This document shows positions 32,981 through 46,010 of a stretch of 64,000 bases of DNA, one piece after another. Position 1 is the first letter of the stretch. Every line of letters begins with the position of its first letter. Under the pieces are notes generated by a model. That model saw only the letters and a list, made by a program, of their open reading frames with translations. It was not told where the DNA came from and searched no databases. Location: NCBI RefSeq assembly GCF_009914755.1, contig NC_060929.1. One strand, 5' to 3'. Origin of the DNA: the human T2T-CHM13v2.0 reference genome, Homo sapiens. Made by a program: the position numbers and the translations under genes.

Positions 32981-33408
32981 CCTCAACTATGCTAGGTCCA
33001 GGTTCTTGTCTCACAATCAGGAAGATATAGGCATGTGGACACCAGAGAGTAAGCTGAATAGAATTTATTAAGTGAAAGCAAAGAGAGGGGTCATGAAAGC
33101 AGGTTTCTGGTTGCCCCCTTCACAGTTGAATACCAGGGCTTAAGGTGCAAATTCCTGGCAGCTCCACCCCAACCTTCCAGTGTGCATACAGGCCGTTAGA
33201 CTGAGCCATTCCATATTGATTTATTTCCCTGACTGTGCATGTGTTAAGGAATGGAATTTTCTCCCATGGGCATGTTTAGGCAAAACGCCTGTGCAAGTTC
33301 CCTCATCTGCACAAAACATCTGGTGTAAGCACATGTGGGGTGTGTTGGAGGTACTCTGGGGATGCTTCCCTTCCTTCCTTCCTAAAGCAAGCTGGCTTAA
33401 TCCCTTCA
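32981..33408 (-). mobile_element. ERV1 5' LTR (missing ~18 bp at its U5 end)
   Basis: Colinear with 25435-25888 (gctaggtccagg...tcacagttgaataccagggct...tctgcacaaaacatctggtgtaa); 4-bp TSD atag at 25413-25416 and 33409-33412. Confidence 0.85.
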
Positions 33409-34029
33409 ATAGTGTGATGCTGAGGTTAGTAGTATGAATGGTCCTGTCACATAGGTACTGAGCATAGTACCCAACAGTTAGTTTTTCAGCCCATGTGCCC
33501 AACCCTCCCTCTCCCTTCTGGTAGTTCACAGTGTCTACCATTCCCCTCTTTATGTCCATGATTACCCAATGTTTAGCTCCCATTTATAAGTGAAAACATG
33601 CAGTATTTACTTTTTTGTTCCTGTGTTAATTCACTTAGGATAATGGCTTCCAGCTGCATCCATGTTATTGCAAAGGACATGATTTCTTTCTTTTTTACAG
33701 CTGCACAGTATTCCATGGTGTATATATACCACATTTTCTTTATCAAATTCACCATGGATGGGCACCTAGGTAGATTCAATGTCTTTGCGATTGTGAATAG
33801 TGCTGCAATGAACATGATAGTGCATGCATTTTTTTTGGTAGGATGAATTATTTTCTTTTGAATGTATACCTAGTAAGGGAATTGCTGGGTGAAAGGGCAG
33901 TTCTCTTTTAAGTTATTTGGGAAATCTCCAAAGTGCCTTCCACAGGGGCTGGAATAATTTACATTCCCACCAATAGTGTACGAGCATTCACTTTTCTTTA
34001 CATTCTCACCAAAATCTCTTGTTTATTGA

Positions 34030-34305
<276 letters not shown>

Positions 34306-35178
34306 TAATGGGGCTACTTGGTTTCTGCTTACTTAAGTTTCTTATACTTTCTGGATGTTAGACATTTGTTGGATGCATAGTTTGAGAATACGTTCTTTCA
34401 TTTTGTTGATTGTCTGTTTACTCTGTCAATAGTTTTTTATCCTGTATAGATGCTCTTCTGTTTAATTAGGCCCCACTAGTCCATTTTTGTTTTGTTTACA
34501 ATTGCTTTTGAGGACTTAGTCACAAATTATTTCCCAAGGCCGATGTCCAGAATGGTGTTTCCTAGGTTTTCTTTTAGGATTCTTGTAGTTTGAGGTCTTA
34601 TGTTTAAATCATTAATTCATCTTCAGTTATTTTGTGTGTACGGTGAAAGGTGGAGGTCCAATTTCATTATTTTGCATATGGCTAGACAGCTATTCCAACA
34701 TTTATTGAATACAGATTCCTTTCCCCATTGCATATTTTTGTCAACTTTGTTGAAGATTAAATGGCTGTAGATATGGTTTTATTTCTGGGTTCTCTATTCC
34801 ATTCCATTGGTCTATATGTCTGTTTTTGTACCAGTACCATGCCATTTTGGTTATTGTAGCCTTACAGTATAGTTTAAAAACTGGTAACATGATTCCTCTG
34901 GCTTTGTTCTTTTTGGTTAGGATTAGTTTTGGTATTTGGGTTCTTTTTTTGGTTCCATATAAATTTTAGAACAGTTTTTTTTCAATTCCCTGAAAAATGA
35001 TATTTGTTATTTGATAGAAATACCAGTGAATCTGTAAAGTGCTCTGGGCAGTATGCCATTTTAATGACATTGAATCTTCCAATCCGTGACATGGATTGTC
35101 ATCTGTAATTTCTTTCAGCATTTTTTGTAGTTCTCCTTGTAGAGATCGTTCATCACCTTGATTAGATGTATTCCTAGG

Positions 35179-35182
<4 letters not shown>

Positions 35183-35212
<30 letters not shown>
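35183..35212. repeat. (TG)n microsatellite
   Basis: ~15 TG units within the L1. Confidence 0.95.
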
Positions 35213-35215
<3 letters not shown>

Positions 35216-35764
35216 TGTTGTAAATGTGACTGCATTATTGATTTTGCTCTCAGCTTGAGTGTTATTGGTGTATAGAAATGCTACTAGATTTCGTACATTC
35301 ATTTTATATCCTGAAACTTCACTGAGGTTTATTGGTTCCAGAAGCCTTTTGGCAGTCTTTCAGGTTTTCTAGGTATCAGATAATGTCATCCACAAAGAAA
35401 GAGCATTTGAATTCTTGTCCTGTTTAGATGAAAAAAGATGCATATTTTAGATTCAGACCTAAAAACATTTTATTTTTGTTCTAGAAAATTCTATATGTTG
35501 GGTATTTATTTTTTCTTGGCTTCCTCATGGCAATGCTAGGGTTAGACTATTTCCCTTGTGGTCTAGTCACACCATAGTCACTGGTTATTAGACCTCCTAG
35601 GTCAACAACCGTCTGTAGGAGAGATACAGAATAGGGTTACTCTGGAAAATCATGTCCTATTAATTTCCAATCCAATCAAGTTCAAATCAAATTTGCCCTC
35701 TTTTGCATTGTATTATTTAGAAAGCTACAGATGGAATTTCAATATCCATCTGCAAAATCTGCTC

Positions 35765-36283
35765 TTTTAGTTAGGACTCTCATTTTGCTGGCACAGAAAC
35801 ACAACTCAAATTGGCTTATTCTAAAAGGTAAATGTACCATAAAGCCTCTAGATATTTTGTGTAAATCAAATACAGCAAGGTTGCTGTGCCATGAAATCAG
35901 AGAATGAAAATATTTTTTCTGACTCTTATTTTTGCTCCTATGTGGGTAAGTACTATACTCTCACTTCAGACTAATTTACTCTACAGATGCATCCAACATC
36001 ATCTGATATTTTGATGTTATAGTTCAGACCTTTGGAAAATGACAATTTGCTCTGAATCTCAAACCCACAAATAACAGGCATGAGAATATTTGGCCCGGCT
36101 TGGATCAAGTGTCTACTTTAGAACTGGTTAATCAAGAACTTCCAAGGGTAGATTGCACTATAAAATAATGACTTCCATTGTAACCATGGATGATGTCAGG
36201 AGAAGTAGTTAAAAAAAGAAGAATGTGGTAAATCATTGAAAAAGGGATAGGTTCTGTTGGGCAGAAAAATAAGTATGTACACA
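35765..36283 (-). mobile_element. LTR33-like (ERVL) old solo LTR
   Basis: ttagttaggactct...cagaaacacaactcaaattggctta start and tgggcagaaaaataagtatgtacaca end. Confidence 0.6.
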
Positions 36284-36560
36284 TCACCATATTATTTTTG
36301 CATTCAATGTGATCAAGATATCTAGTATTAGCAAAAGGTAAAGCAAGCAGTAATCTGCTAGCTTTGATTTTGAAGGATATTGAGAGGCTTTCTCATGCAA
36401 TGCTATATGCCCTGACAGCTGGAGAAAAACTAGTATTATTAAGAGACTCAAAATTAATCTCAGACCTCACCTAGTCCAGGACCCTGAATTTTATATGAGG
36501 AAGTTGAGAAGCAAAGTGATTAAGTGATTATCCAAAAAAATCACATAATTTGTAATTGCC

Positions 36561-36908
36561 TGTGTAAGTCTGTTTTCACACCACTCTAAAGAATTACCTG
36601 AGACTGGGTAATTTATAAACAAAGGAGGTTTAACTGACTCACAGTTCTGCATGGGTGGGGAGGCCTCAGGAAACTTACAGTCATGGTGGAAGGTGAAGGG
36701 GAAGCAAGCCACATCTTACATGGCATCAGGAGAGACCTAGAGCAAAGAAAGCCACACATTTTTTAAACAATCAGATCTCGTGAGAAGTCATACACTATCA
36801 GGAGAACAGCAAGGGGAAAATCACCCCCATGATCCAATCACCTCCCACCAGGCCCCTCCTTCAATTCGACAGGAAATTTGGGCAGGGACACAAATCTAAG
36901 TCATGTCA
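36561..36908 (-). mobile_element. THE1D/MST-type MaLR solo LTR
   Basis: acctgagactgggtaatttat...gaggcctcaggaaacttaca...cccccatgatccaatcacctcccaccagg; TSD ttgcc/gtgcc. Confidence 0.9.
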
Positions 36909-36997
36909 GTGCCCCTAAGTTATCCAGCCACAAACCCACATATTTATTCCTTTCTCTTTGGGACTGGAGACTTTTACTCATTCAAGTATTTCCCATG

Positions 36998-37183
36998 ACA
37001 TAGTTTTCAAAGTTTGGTCTCCAGATTACCTGCATCAGATGATTAAAACTGTAGGCTCTTGAGCAACCCTCCTTAACTCCCCTAACATGGAATCACAAGA
37101 CCCATTGATTATAGTCTATGAAATTGCATTCTTAACTAAGTCCCTGGGTGATTATTATGCATGCTGAAATTTGAGAGTAGTGC
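36998..37183. mobile_element. MER5A-like DNA transposon
   Basis: ttttcaaagtttggtc...cctgcatcaga...tgcattcttaactaagtccctgggtgattattatgca...aatttgagag. Confidence 0.7.
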
Positions 37184-38352
37184 AGTGTGGTATTCCCAAG
37201 CTTTGGACAGAGAAGGATTCACTGAAAAATAATTAAAGCCCAGGAAGGACTAAAAGGATAACAGAGAAGCATCCCAAAAATGATTGAAAAGGTAAAAAAA
37301 AAAAACAACAAAAAACTAAAACTTTCTTAACCTACTTCAGCTTTTCCCCCATAAAATCACCTCATCATTGGTTTACTTTTATAAATTTTAATATTTAAAT
37401 TGCTCTTTTGCACACAATGGAAGAGGTGATGTTGACGTTGAAAGATATAACTGTAAGTGAGAACCTCAAGTAATAGTCTATGTATTGGGTCCTCATACTG
37501 GTATTTGGACAATACTGGTGTTATTTACAAAATTTGCTTTTATGCAACCATTTTTTTCCTCCCTACTGTTGCATGCATTTGGGTCATCCTGTTGGACTAC
37601 AATTATATGCATCTTAATGTTTTATGATTATGCTCTAGTATTACCGAAAATAAAATGCATAAACTCATATAAATCCTGTAGATGATTTCCTTTCCAAGTT
37701 TTAAATGATCGGTCTTTGCTGTCTAATTACAGAGGTATAAAAATTTAATAGCAATTCACATGCATATTATTGTGGTGCTACTTTCATTTTCATAACTCAT
37801 TCTTTCTGGAGGAGTTTAAAGATTAACTTGATAGTTTAAAATTTATTGATATATTTCCTTATGCTCTAAAGGCAATTCTTTGTTTGTTTGTTCTTTGATG
37901 CAATTTGGAATAAAATGAAGTAATCTGCAGCTCCAAAAATATAAAAAGTATTCTGCATGAATTACTAAATCTTCAAGGTTGTTTCCTGTCTGAAAAGTAC
38001 ACTGTAATTTTTTTAGTGGCACTATATAGATTTCTGTAACTGTATATCTTTAAACTTTATATAGTGAGTTTTAAAAGTCTATATTTCAAATATGATGCAT
38101 AGTAAAATATTTAAAAATATTAATAGTACACATTTTCTTGAAATGTTTTGATTTTTATGCTTTACATAATAATTCATTTTTAAAAAGCTTGAGAATACTC
38201 ATATTTGGCATTAAATCTTTTTCTCATGTTTTTACAAATACTTGTCTATTTACACAAACATGAATATAACTTTCTGAATATATAATCAATCTTTGAAATC
38301 CACTTCACCGCAATGTGAAAATAGATTGGCTAACTCACATCTCTTTATTTAC

Positions 38353-38416
38353 CTTTCATAGTCCATGGATTTGGGGAAGATTAAAAAGCATTTTAGTCTC
38401 CAGAATAATTCAAATT
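38353..38416 (-). pseudogene. Exon-like remnant (64 nt)
   Basis: Acceptor ttatttgcttttag|, donor AAG|gtaaat; phase-2 reading I*IILETKMLFNLPQIHGL*K, phase-1 reading FELFWRLKCFLIFPKSMDYE (open). Confidence 0.4.
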
Positions 38417-40288
38417 CTAAAAGCAAATAAGCAATGTTAAATTGTTCCATCAAATGACTTTATTACCCATTTTGTTTAATTATATGAATGAGAACCCAAA
38501 AATAAAATTTACATAATAAAAAACCTCCCCAAGCAGTCCATGTTCTTAAGGTATAGGATATAATTGAAGTGACTGATGTCAAGACCAACAGGTTATGACA
38601 TGTGAAATAGTAAATGTAAGTTCCATGGATTACTTTACATTTGAAATTGTACTCCTAGAGTAGCCTAGTCTACAGTGATAGATGAATGAATATGTTTGTT
38701 ATCTTTCTCTTGGAAGAAGATAGACTGTAGAAGATAGATTAGAAGCGATTACAAAGAATCTGGAGATGATCGATTGGGAAAATACCATTTATATGTATTA
38801 CTTTGTTTAATCTTTGTTGTATAGTCCACATCTAAATGAATATTAGTTTAATTTTCTTTCCTCCTTTTATGGCTTTCCAGTATGACCTGAAAGGTACCCA
38901 CACATATCATATTTAGAACTTTAGAGTATCTCTTTTGGACTCCAGAAAAATGTATACATATATAATTGTTAACATTATTGTTTACAAGTAGTTGATTCAT
39001 TTTTAATGTCCAAGCTAATAATACGCCCTTATATTTCTTAAATAACATGATTATTCTGACCTTTGTAAATTCAAGGTCAAATGGCACCATGGAGCATTTT
39101 CTAATCTGCTTTAAATAATTTGAAAAATCATTTATCTCAAAACTTCAAACCTGTTTATCTACTGTTTCTAAGATAGTCTTAAGATTATATTCAGATGCAT
39201 ATTTGAAATGCCTCAGAAAAAGCTATATAAAAGAAGTAGCCCCCTATCACAGAACATTTTTCCTATCATAAAACTTCCTTTGTTATAACCATATTCCCAG
39301 TCCATTGTATCCTATTAGGAACATACACCAAATATAGAAAAGTTTGCCAACATACCACATGTTTAAAATGTGACACCCACTTGTCCTACTTCACATTGGC
39401 TAGCCTAGACAGGAGGCTTTTCCCAATAACAATTCAATGAGTAGTAGTATACATGCTCCTGACATGTGTCTGTCCTAGACAATTCCAGGAGAGAGTGATT
39501 TTCAAAGAGCTATTCACAGCCAGCAACTCAGTTTCCAGGACAGATATCTCACACACACAATCTTTGACACCATTTATCACTGAAATATTCTTTTTCTAGT
39601 AGAAGTAGATTGATTTTCTTGGATAATAATATTCTGCTGTGAAGTTACGAGAAGAAGTTGAAAGCATAAATATATCATGCAGCCTGGGGAATTGATACCT
39701 GTGTACTACCAGTTTTGCTGCTGCCGTTGCTGAAAATCCAGAAAGCCCAATTTGTTTGTTCCTGTTTAACTTAACCATGTCATCTGTTTCTCTTTTCTTT
39801 CGAGGAAGGTAGTTTAGAATGGAGACCTTGTTGACAAATAGTCCTTAAGAATTTTTAACTCATTTTTAATTGTGGTGGGCTGCTATAGATTCAGCATCGA
39901 GTCACAGTGTTTGAGTCAAATGCAGATGGTGTGGAAGTCAGGGTGAAAGGTGTTAATATTCATCATTGACCCTAACAAGCAATGCTTGTTATTGGTTAAT
40001 TCAGCTAACCTCTCACAGCTGAATAATAACATGCAGTAAGAGGTGCATTTTTTTTTTAAATAAAAGGAAATGTTGGTTGTAAAGTGCTGAGCGTGGTGTT
40101 AGCTCATAGTTTTCATCATTTTACATGTAAGTTTCTTTCTTCCATCTTTCCCTCAAAATAATGCATTGCAGGAATAAAATTGCCTCACATGTCATAAATT
40201 CCTGGCATTATATTTATATTGCCTTGGAATAATTACCACCTTCTCATGCTTTAAAGTATAAATCTAAACCTTATGAGGTCAGTTTTAC

Positions 40289-40363
40289 CTTGTGAAGGAG
40301 AGATCTAAAATTTTATCAGTATAGTTGCCGACTTGTCTTAAAGTATTAGGTTTTTTCAAATTT
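40289..40363 (-). pseudogene. Exon-like remnant (75 nt, phase 2-2, open)
   Basis: Acceptor tattactttgtag|, donor AAG|gtaaaa; NLKKPNTLRQVGNYTDKILDLSFT. Confidence 0.4.
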
Positions 40364-41647
40364 CTACAAAGTAATACTGGTATAGAATTTATCATTTTCA
40401 ACTTAAAATGATTTTCTCTTCTCTCCAAAATGACAACTGAATTAGTGGCCATAATCTGGGAATTAGAGGAAAGCATCATTTGCTTATTTAATGCTTTTTC
40501 TTAAGAGTAGAAATCCTAATTTCTCCCACACATATGTTTGAATGTCACCAAAGTAAATTTTAAGGAGGGCTGATATTTGAAAAGTTATATAATCTCTCAT
40601 CTTTAATGTTTACCCTGTGGCTTCATCTCCTTAATGAAGAAACAATCTCACATGCCCCCCCACCTTTAGCACAGGGCCACATATCATATTTTGGCATGTA
40701 ATTTGTCATTTGTAATTCTTAGGCAATATTTTACAAAATGTTTAACACATGCCTGTTTTTACATTCTTCAAAAGATTATATATTCTTTCAATAGCATATA
40801 AATTTCAAATTTTTTAAATTGCACAAACATCTTAAAATTCAAAGCAATTATTTATTGTGTTTCACATTCTGATATGCCCCACCTCATTCTTTTCCTTGAA
40901 ATCTCCTTTTTTCTTTGAGAATCACAACTCTAGAGCTTGTAGTTTTAATATGACACTTTCCACACATTTATGAATTGATCATCACTTTTCTGAACATTAC
41001 AATATAGATAATAGTCTCTGAAAAGGTATTTAAAGAGAAAACTACTATGATAATTAAGGAAATTTTATGTATAATCTCTAAATCTAACCATAAGCGTATT
41101 TGTTGAATGGTGTAATATTCATACACAGACTAGTTTTAGAAAGGACATTTTCTTATATTTTGATTTTGAGGAACTCTGATTGATTCATCTCATTTTCAGA
41201 AAAGAGCTCTTCTTTCATGTGTGCAAAAATACCACATTTAATGTAATTCCTTCTTTCAATATACACAAGACGCATATGCATAATGTAGTAGCATATATGC
41301 CATTCTATCAGAATTTATTCTTTAAAGCAATTTGGCACTGGAATTCTTAGGCTCAGCTGGAAGATTACTGGGTATTATTTTCTTTCTATTGTGTATTTTT
41401 ATTCATAATAAACATTAAGAGAACTCTGTGCATTTTAATTTCTGGTAACATTTTGCAACTGTTGAGCATATAGCATCGAAATTAAGCCAGTTTATTACTA
41501 CACTTTAAAAGATTATTTTATTTATGACAGAATTATCAGTCATAACAACCTTAATAATATTTCAACCCTAATGTAATATCTGTTAGGTTATGACTAGACA
41601 ATTTGTAACCTCTGTAGTATCAGGAAAATAACTTTCAGATATTTTAC

Positions 41648-41870
41648 CATTAAAATGTATTCATCGGCCACAAACTGATCTTTTCATTAGCGATACGATT
41701 CAAGTTTGAAAAGAGAATGCAGAAATCTTCAATAATTTCCAGGCGGCAAAATGTGATTGAAAGTCATATCAACACACTTTGCAATTGGTAATCGCCATGA
41801 CAAAATGCAACTAAAATGAGAAAGAAATCATCTTGATGACAGTGTATTTCCTCCTGTAAATTCTGCTTTT
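41648..41870 (-). pseudogene. Exon-like remnant, spectrin helix B-like
   Basis: ccattgttcgtag| ... ATG|gtaaaa; KQNLQEEIHCHQDDFFLILVAFCHGDYQLQSVLI*LSITFCRLEIIEDFCILFSNLNRIANEKISLW; locally CpG-retaining. Confidence 0.35.
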
Positions 41871-41974
41871 CTACGAACAATGGTCAATTAGACCAACTGG
41901 GTAGAAAACAGTCATTTTTTACTTCCATTGGTAATAAAATCGCTCATGATTTTAAAAAACTTATTTATACATAT

Positions 41975-42063
41975 CTAGGTTTTGTAGGTGAGGGTCATGA
42001 ATATTTATTTTTTAAAAAACTTCACCTATGATTCTAATGTTCAACAAGGACTAAAAATTACTG
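41975..42063. mobile_element. MER5A fragment
   Basis: attttttaaaaaacttcacctatgattctaatgttcaacaaggactaaaaattactg. Confidence 0.55.
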
Positions 42064-42214
42064 AGCATTTATTAAGTGAATACAAGGTGTACCTGGGTAT
42101 TGGGTCACTTCATGGAAGCATTTTGAAAAGCATGTGTTCTCTAAGTAAAACGGAATGTAGAGACAGAATTTGGATTAATCTTGTTTACTTTTGTCTTTAG
42201 TCTCCTTTGCCCAG

Positions 42215-43070
42215 ACATTTGATACAGTGTATTATAATAGTCTGGCCCCAAACTCCAGCTCCTACTTCATCTTTTCCTGTCCCTGTGGCTTCCAGCTCTC
42301 CAATTACTCCTACTCTGCTGTTCTGCCAACTGGCGAAACTCATTCTGGCTTCAAGACTTTCCACTGCCCTTTCCCCTGCCTGATGCATCCTTTCTTCAGA
42401 TTTCACTTGATTCACTCCTTCACATTGTTTAGTGCTCTGATCAATCATGACCTCTCAGAGAGACCAGCCTGGCCACCCTAGGTAAATAAGACCCTAGCTC
42501 ATCATACTGAGGTTTTCTATATCATTTTTATAGACTTTATTAATATGTGAAATTATCTTGTTTGTAAATATGTTTATCTGCTTATTGCAGGTTTCATCCT
42601 CACTTGCCCTCCAGTATAAGTTTCATGAGGACAGAGATTTTATTTTCACCCTTACATTCTGGCATACTCTAGATGCTCAAATAGTATTGTTGGAAGAAAT
42701 GAATTGAACTTGAACAAAAGGCCCAATTTTCCTTCTATGATCGAGGCTCTTCCTGATCTGGCTTTGGCTTTGCCTTGGAATTCTCCCCCATAACTCTTCT
42801 CATGGTTTTCGCCTTAGGGATTCAACATCAATGCCTTCTAGAGCCACTTGTCTTAAAGATCTTTATCCTTATTATTTTGTATCGTAGCAATCTATTCATT
42901 TCCTTCTTAGCATATATTGTGGTCTACATTGCTTTATTTATTTGTCTGTTCACCAATTTATAATTATTTTATTCACTTGTTCTTTCACATATTTATATTA
43001 TTTTCCCTCAGAATATAAGTTTTTTGGAGGTAAGACTTTCTCTCTTGTCCATTGCCATATCCTTAATCTT
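42215..43070 (+). mobile_element. L2 3' end fragments (two)
   Basis: cctctcagagagaccagcctggccacccta...tataagtttcatgaggacagagat...gatgctcaaatagtattgttggaagaaatgaa; second fragment ~42800-43070. Confidence 0.7.
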
Positions 43071-43979
43071 TAAGAAATTAAAAAATCTAGGGAGGATGGA
43101 TTAAGAAATAATTAAAACGTAATGAAAGAGATATATCAGAAATGTATCCTGACTGTAGGGATAAGATAGAGAAGACAGCAATTAATACTCCACATGGAGA
43201 ATCAGGAAAAGCAGGAGAAACAAAGAATGCTTCCTCAATTAATCGAGTGGGTAGATGGTGGTGCATCTCAAGGCCTCAGATTCAGTCATGTAAAAGGAAA
43301 CATTTTTGTCTATCTCAGTAGTGAGAAATGGTGAGGAAGGGGCCTGAGGATACTAGTGAATACTTGGAGTGGTCAGTAGAAGAAATGAGAGAGGATATTG
43401 TTTGTGTGTTCTTGGTCAAATAGAGAACTCTTTTTAGATAGACAATAATGCAAATCATTCTGTTCTTGAGTTATAATTGGCAAATGTAAATCTGACTATA
43501 TATTAATATTTATTTTTCTCATTCACATTAAAACATTATGTATTTTTATATGACTACTGTACAATGGAAGCATGGACCTCAATATATAAACAACACTAAT
43601 GTCAGCCCATGTAACATTAAAATAGTGTTATTTGGCGAAATCCTGTAAGCAAAGGAACAGCGGAATAATACACATGATTCTTGACCTCTCATAAGCGGTA
43701 TTCATAAACTGGGCATAGCTGGACTGGATAAACTCTGGTGAATTTCCCAGTAGAGAGGGACTCTGCCCCCATAATCCCATATTTACAGGAAAAGAGAGAC
43801 AAGGAACCTCTATGTGACTATACAACAGTGGGTGCTACCTGGCAGAACTGGCCTTGTTAGAAAGGAGTAACCTCCAAAATAACACAGACCTGCAGAACCA
43901 GCTTCTTCCTAAGTTATCAAAAGTGGGGAAGTAATGAGCATCAAGAACAAACTGATTTGTTTGTTTCCAATTATGATGG

Positions 43980-44706
43980 TGATACAGACAAAAGGCAGGG
44001 AAATAACTGGGTAGAAGAAGGTGGCTCTCTGGCAAAGTCCCCACCCTCGAGCCTGGAAACCACATCCCTAAATGAGAACAGTAATCCCTGTTTTTCTGCC
44101 AAAATATTACTTTTTTGGCCTGCCCCACACCCCTTCCTGTGCCCCTATAAACCGCAAATGCCACTGGCAGAGGAGCAGAATGGCAGGGCAGAGAAGGAGA
44201 GAAGAGAAGCAGCATCTGAATGTCAAGAGGATTTTGGCTGTGGATGGTCAGAGAGGAGTTCAGCCAGGGACAGCCAAACTCCAGGGGAAGATTATCTTCT
44301 CACTCCATCCCCTTTCCAGCTCCCCATCTTGCCGAGAGCCACTTTCATCACTCAGTAAAATCTCCGCATTCACCATCCTTGAAGGCTGTGTGACCTGATT
44401 CTTCTTGGAGGCCGGACAAAACCTGGGTGCCAAGAGGGCAGAGTGTAAAAGGCTGTCAACCAGTCTCTCCTCTGAGTTGGTAAACATTTAGACATCCGTG
44501 GTTGGCAACTGCTAAAAGAGCATCTATCGTCACACAACCCTAGATGCTGCTGTGGGCTTGGAGCCCAGAAGCACTTGCCCAGGCCCTGGTACTCGCTCAC
44601 CTGCATGCTTCCCCTCCAGCAAGAGGTTTGAGTGCTGGGGCCCAGTAAGTGAGCCACACCCCTGTCACAAGTCCTGCAAAGGGATCAAGGGAACCCTCCT
44701 GTCTCA
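43980..44706 (+). mobile_element. LTR1-family (ERV1) solo LTR
   Basis: tgatacagacaaaaggcagggaaataactgggtagaagaagg...ggatcaagggaaccctcctgtctca; perfect 4-bp TSD atgg; TATAAA at 44146. Confidence 0.85.
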
Positions 44707-45218
44707 ATGGGTCTACTTCCTTCATGAATGTGCGTTTTCATTTCCATACATATCTAATTAGGTGTTAGAGCATTGATTGTAAGTCCCATAGCTATAACTG
44801 AACAAGTGAATCTAAATTTAAAGTGGGCATTTCAAGAACGGCTTGACTAAAACAAATTTACATCTAAAGAAAGATGGTGTAATTTTTTTATTTACCAATT
44901 TTGAAAATAAGTTATTCCTTTGTGTTGAAGCTAAAAGGTAAAAAAATAAAAGATAAATGTAGAAATAAAAATAAGTTACCTAAGGCACACATGCCCACAC
45001 ACACATACACATATGCTCCTGCACTGACATATATATGATTAGGAAGCTTTTTAAAATATGATAATAAGTGTCTCAAATGTAGCTTTCTGTTTTCTACATT
45101 ATTCAAATCATTGATGTGGAAGGAAATGAAATATGCAGATAGACACATTTGCAATTTACTCTTAATTTTGTAATTCTGAGTGCTAATAGTTACCTGAAAT
45201 GTCACTACAAGATAATCA

Positions 45219-45523
45219 GGCTGGGCATGGTGCCTCATGCCTGTAATCTCAGCACTTTGGGAGGCCAAGGCAGGAGGATCCTTTGAGGTCAGGAGTTCGA
45301 GACCAGCCTGGCCAACATGGTGAAACCCTGTCTCTACTGAAAATACAAAAATTAGCCGGGCGTGGTGGCAGGTGTCTGTAATCCTGGCTACTCGGGAGGC
45401 AGAACCAGGAGAATGGCTTGAACTCAGGAGGCAGAGGGTGCAGTGAGTGGAGATCCCGCCACCGCACTCCAGCCTGGGCGACAGAGTGAGACTCCGTCTC
45501 AAAAAAAAAAAAAAAAAAAAAAG
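45219..45523 (+). mobile_element. AluSx-like
   Basis: Full Alu, A22 tail, TSD aagataatca/aagattatca. Confidence 0.95.
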
Positions 45524-45859
45524 AAGATTATCAAAGTGCATGTGGTTATTACTTGGCTTCCTAGATATAGTAATGGGTACATTTCATTTTTGTATATTAA
45601 CTGTCCTTAACAGGCACAGGTTTTATTGTACAGTCATGGCATAGGAGTGTACGTGTTGATCAATGACATAAATGTATGGTTCAGAAGCACACATTTATTT
45701 GTATGATTGGAAAGATTTGTAAATGTTGTTTATCATAAAGTTGGCATTTCAAATCACAAATTTGCACTATTTTCTTGCCTTTTTCTGTTAAAAGGGAAGT
45801 TTTCCAACTTACATTACATATATATTCTAGATGATACAGATAATTTTAATTTATGCATG

Positions 45860-46010
45860 ACATTTCTTGAGCCTTTATTAAGTAGAAGTCATTGTTCCAA
45901 TAATGTAATCTTCTCTACAACCCTATGATGCAGGCATTATTATGATCCCTATTTTGCTGATAAAGAAACTGAGGCACAGAATGATTAACTAAACTCCTCA
46001 GGGTTATAAA
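45860..46010 (-). mobile_element. MIR SINE
   Basis: acaaccctatgatgcaggcattattatgatccctattttgctgataaagaaactgaggcacaga. Confidence 0.75.

Noticed and set aside
33573-33815. MFIAALFTIAK... ORF
   Set aside because: C-terminal remnant of L1 ORF2 in a truncated, decayed L1
36290-37712. Extra minus-strand exon candidates at ~36290-36418 and ~37635-37712
   Set aside because: Open frames exist but donors are weak and frames ambiguous; not distinguishable from chance without alignment
38353-40363. Leucine-rich-repeat reading (KILDLSFTR|I*IILETKMLFNLPQIHGL) of two joined exons
   Set aside because: Only one repeat-like unit, lacking the invariant Asn and containing two stops; surrounding segments look helical/spectrin-like, so not called as an LRR gene
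44912-45541. 209-aa ORF and similar Alu-overlapping ORFs (2473, 9927, 13530, 26050, 48910, 51218, 52050, 53657)
   Set aside because: Translations are the well-known antisense-Alu peptides ([13 protein letters not shown]...); not genes
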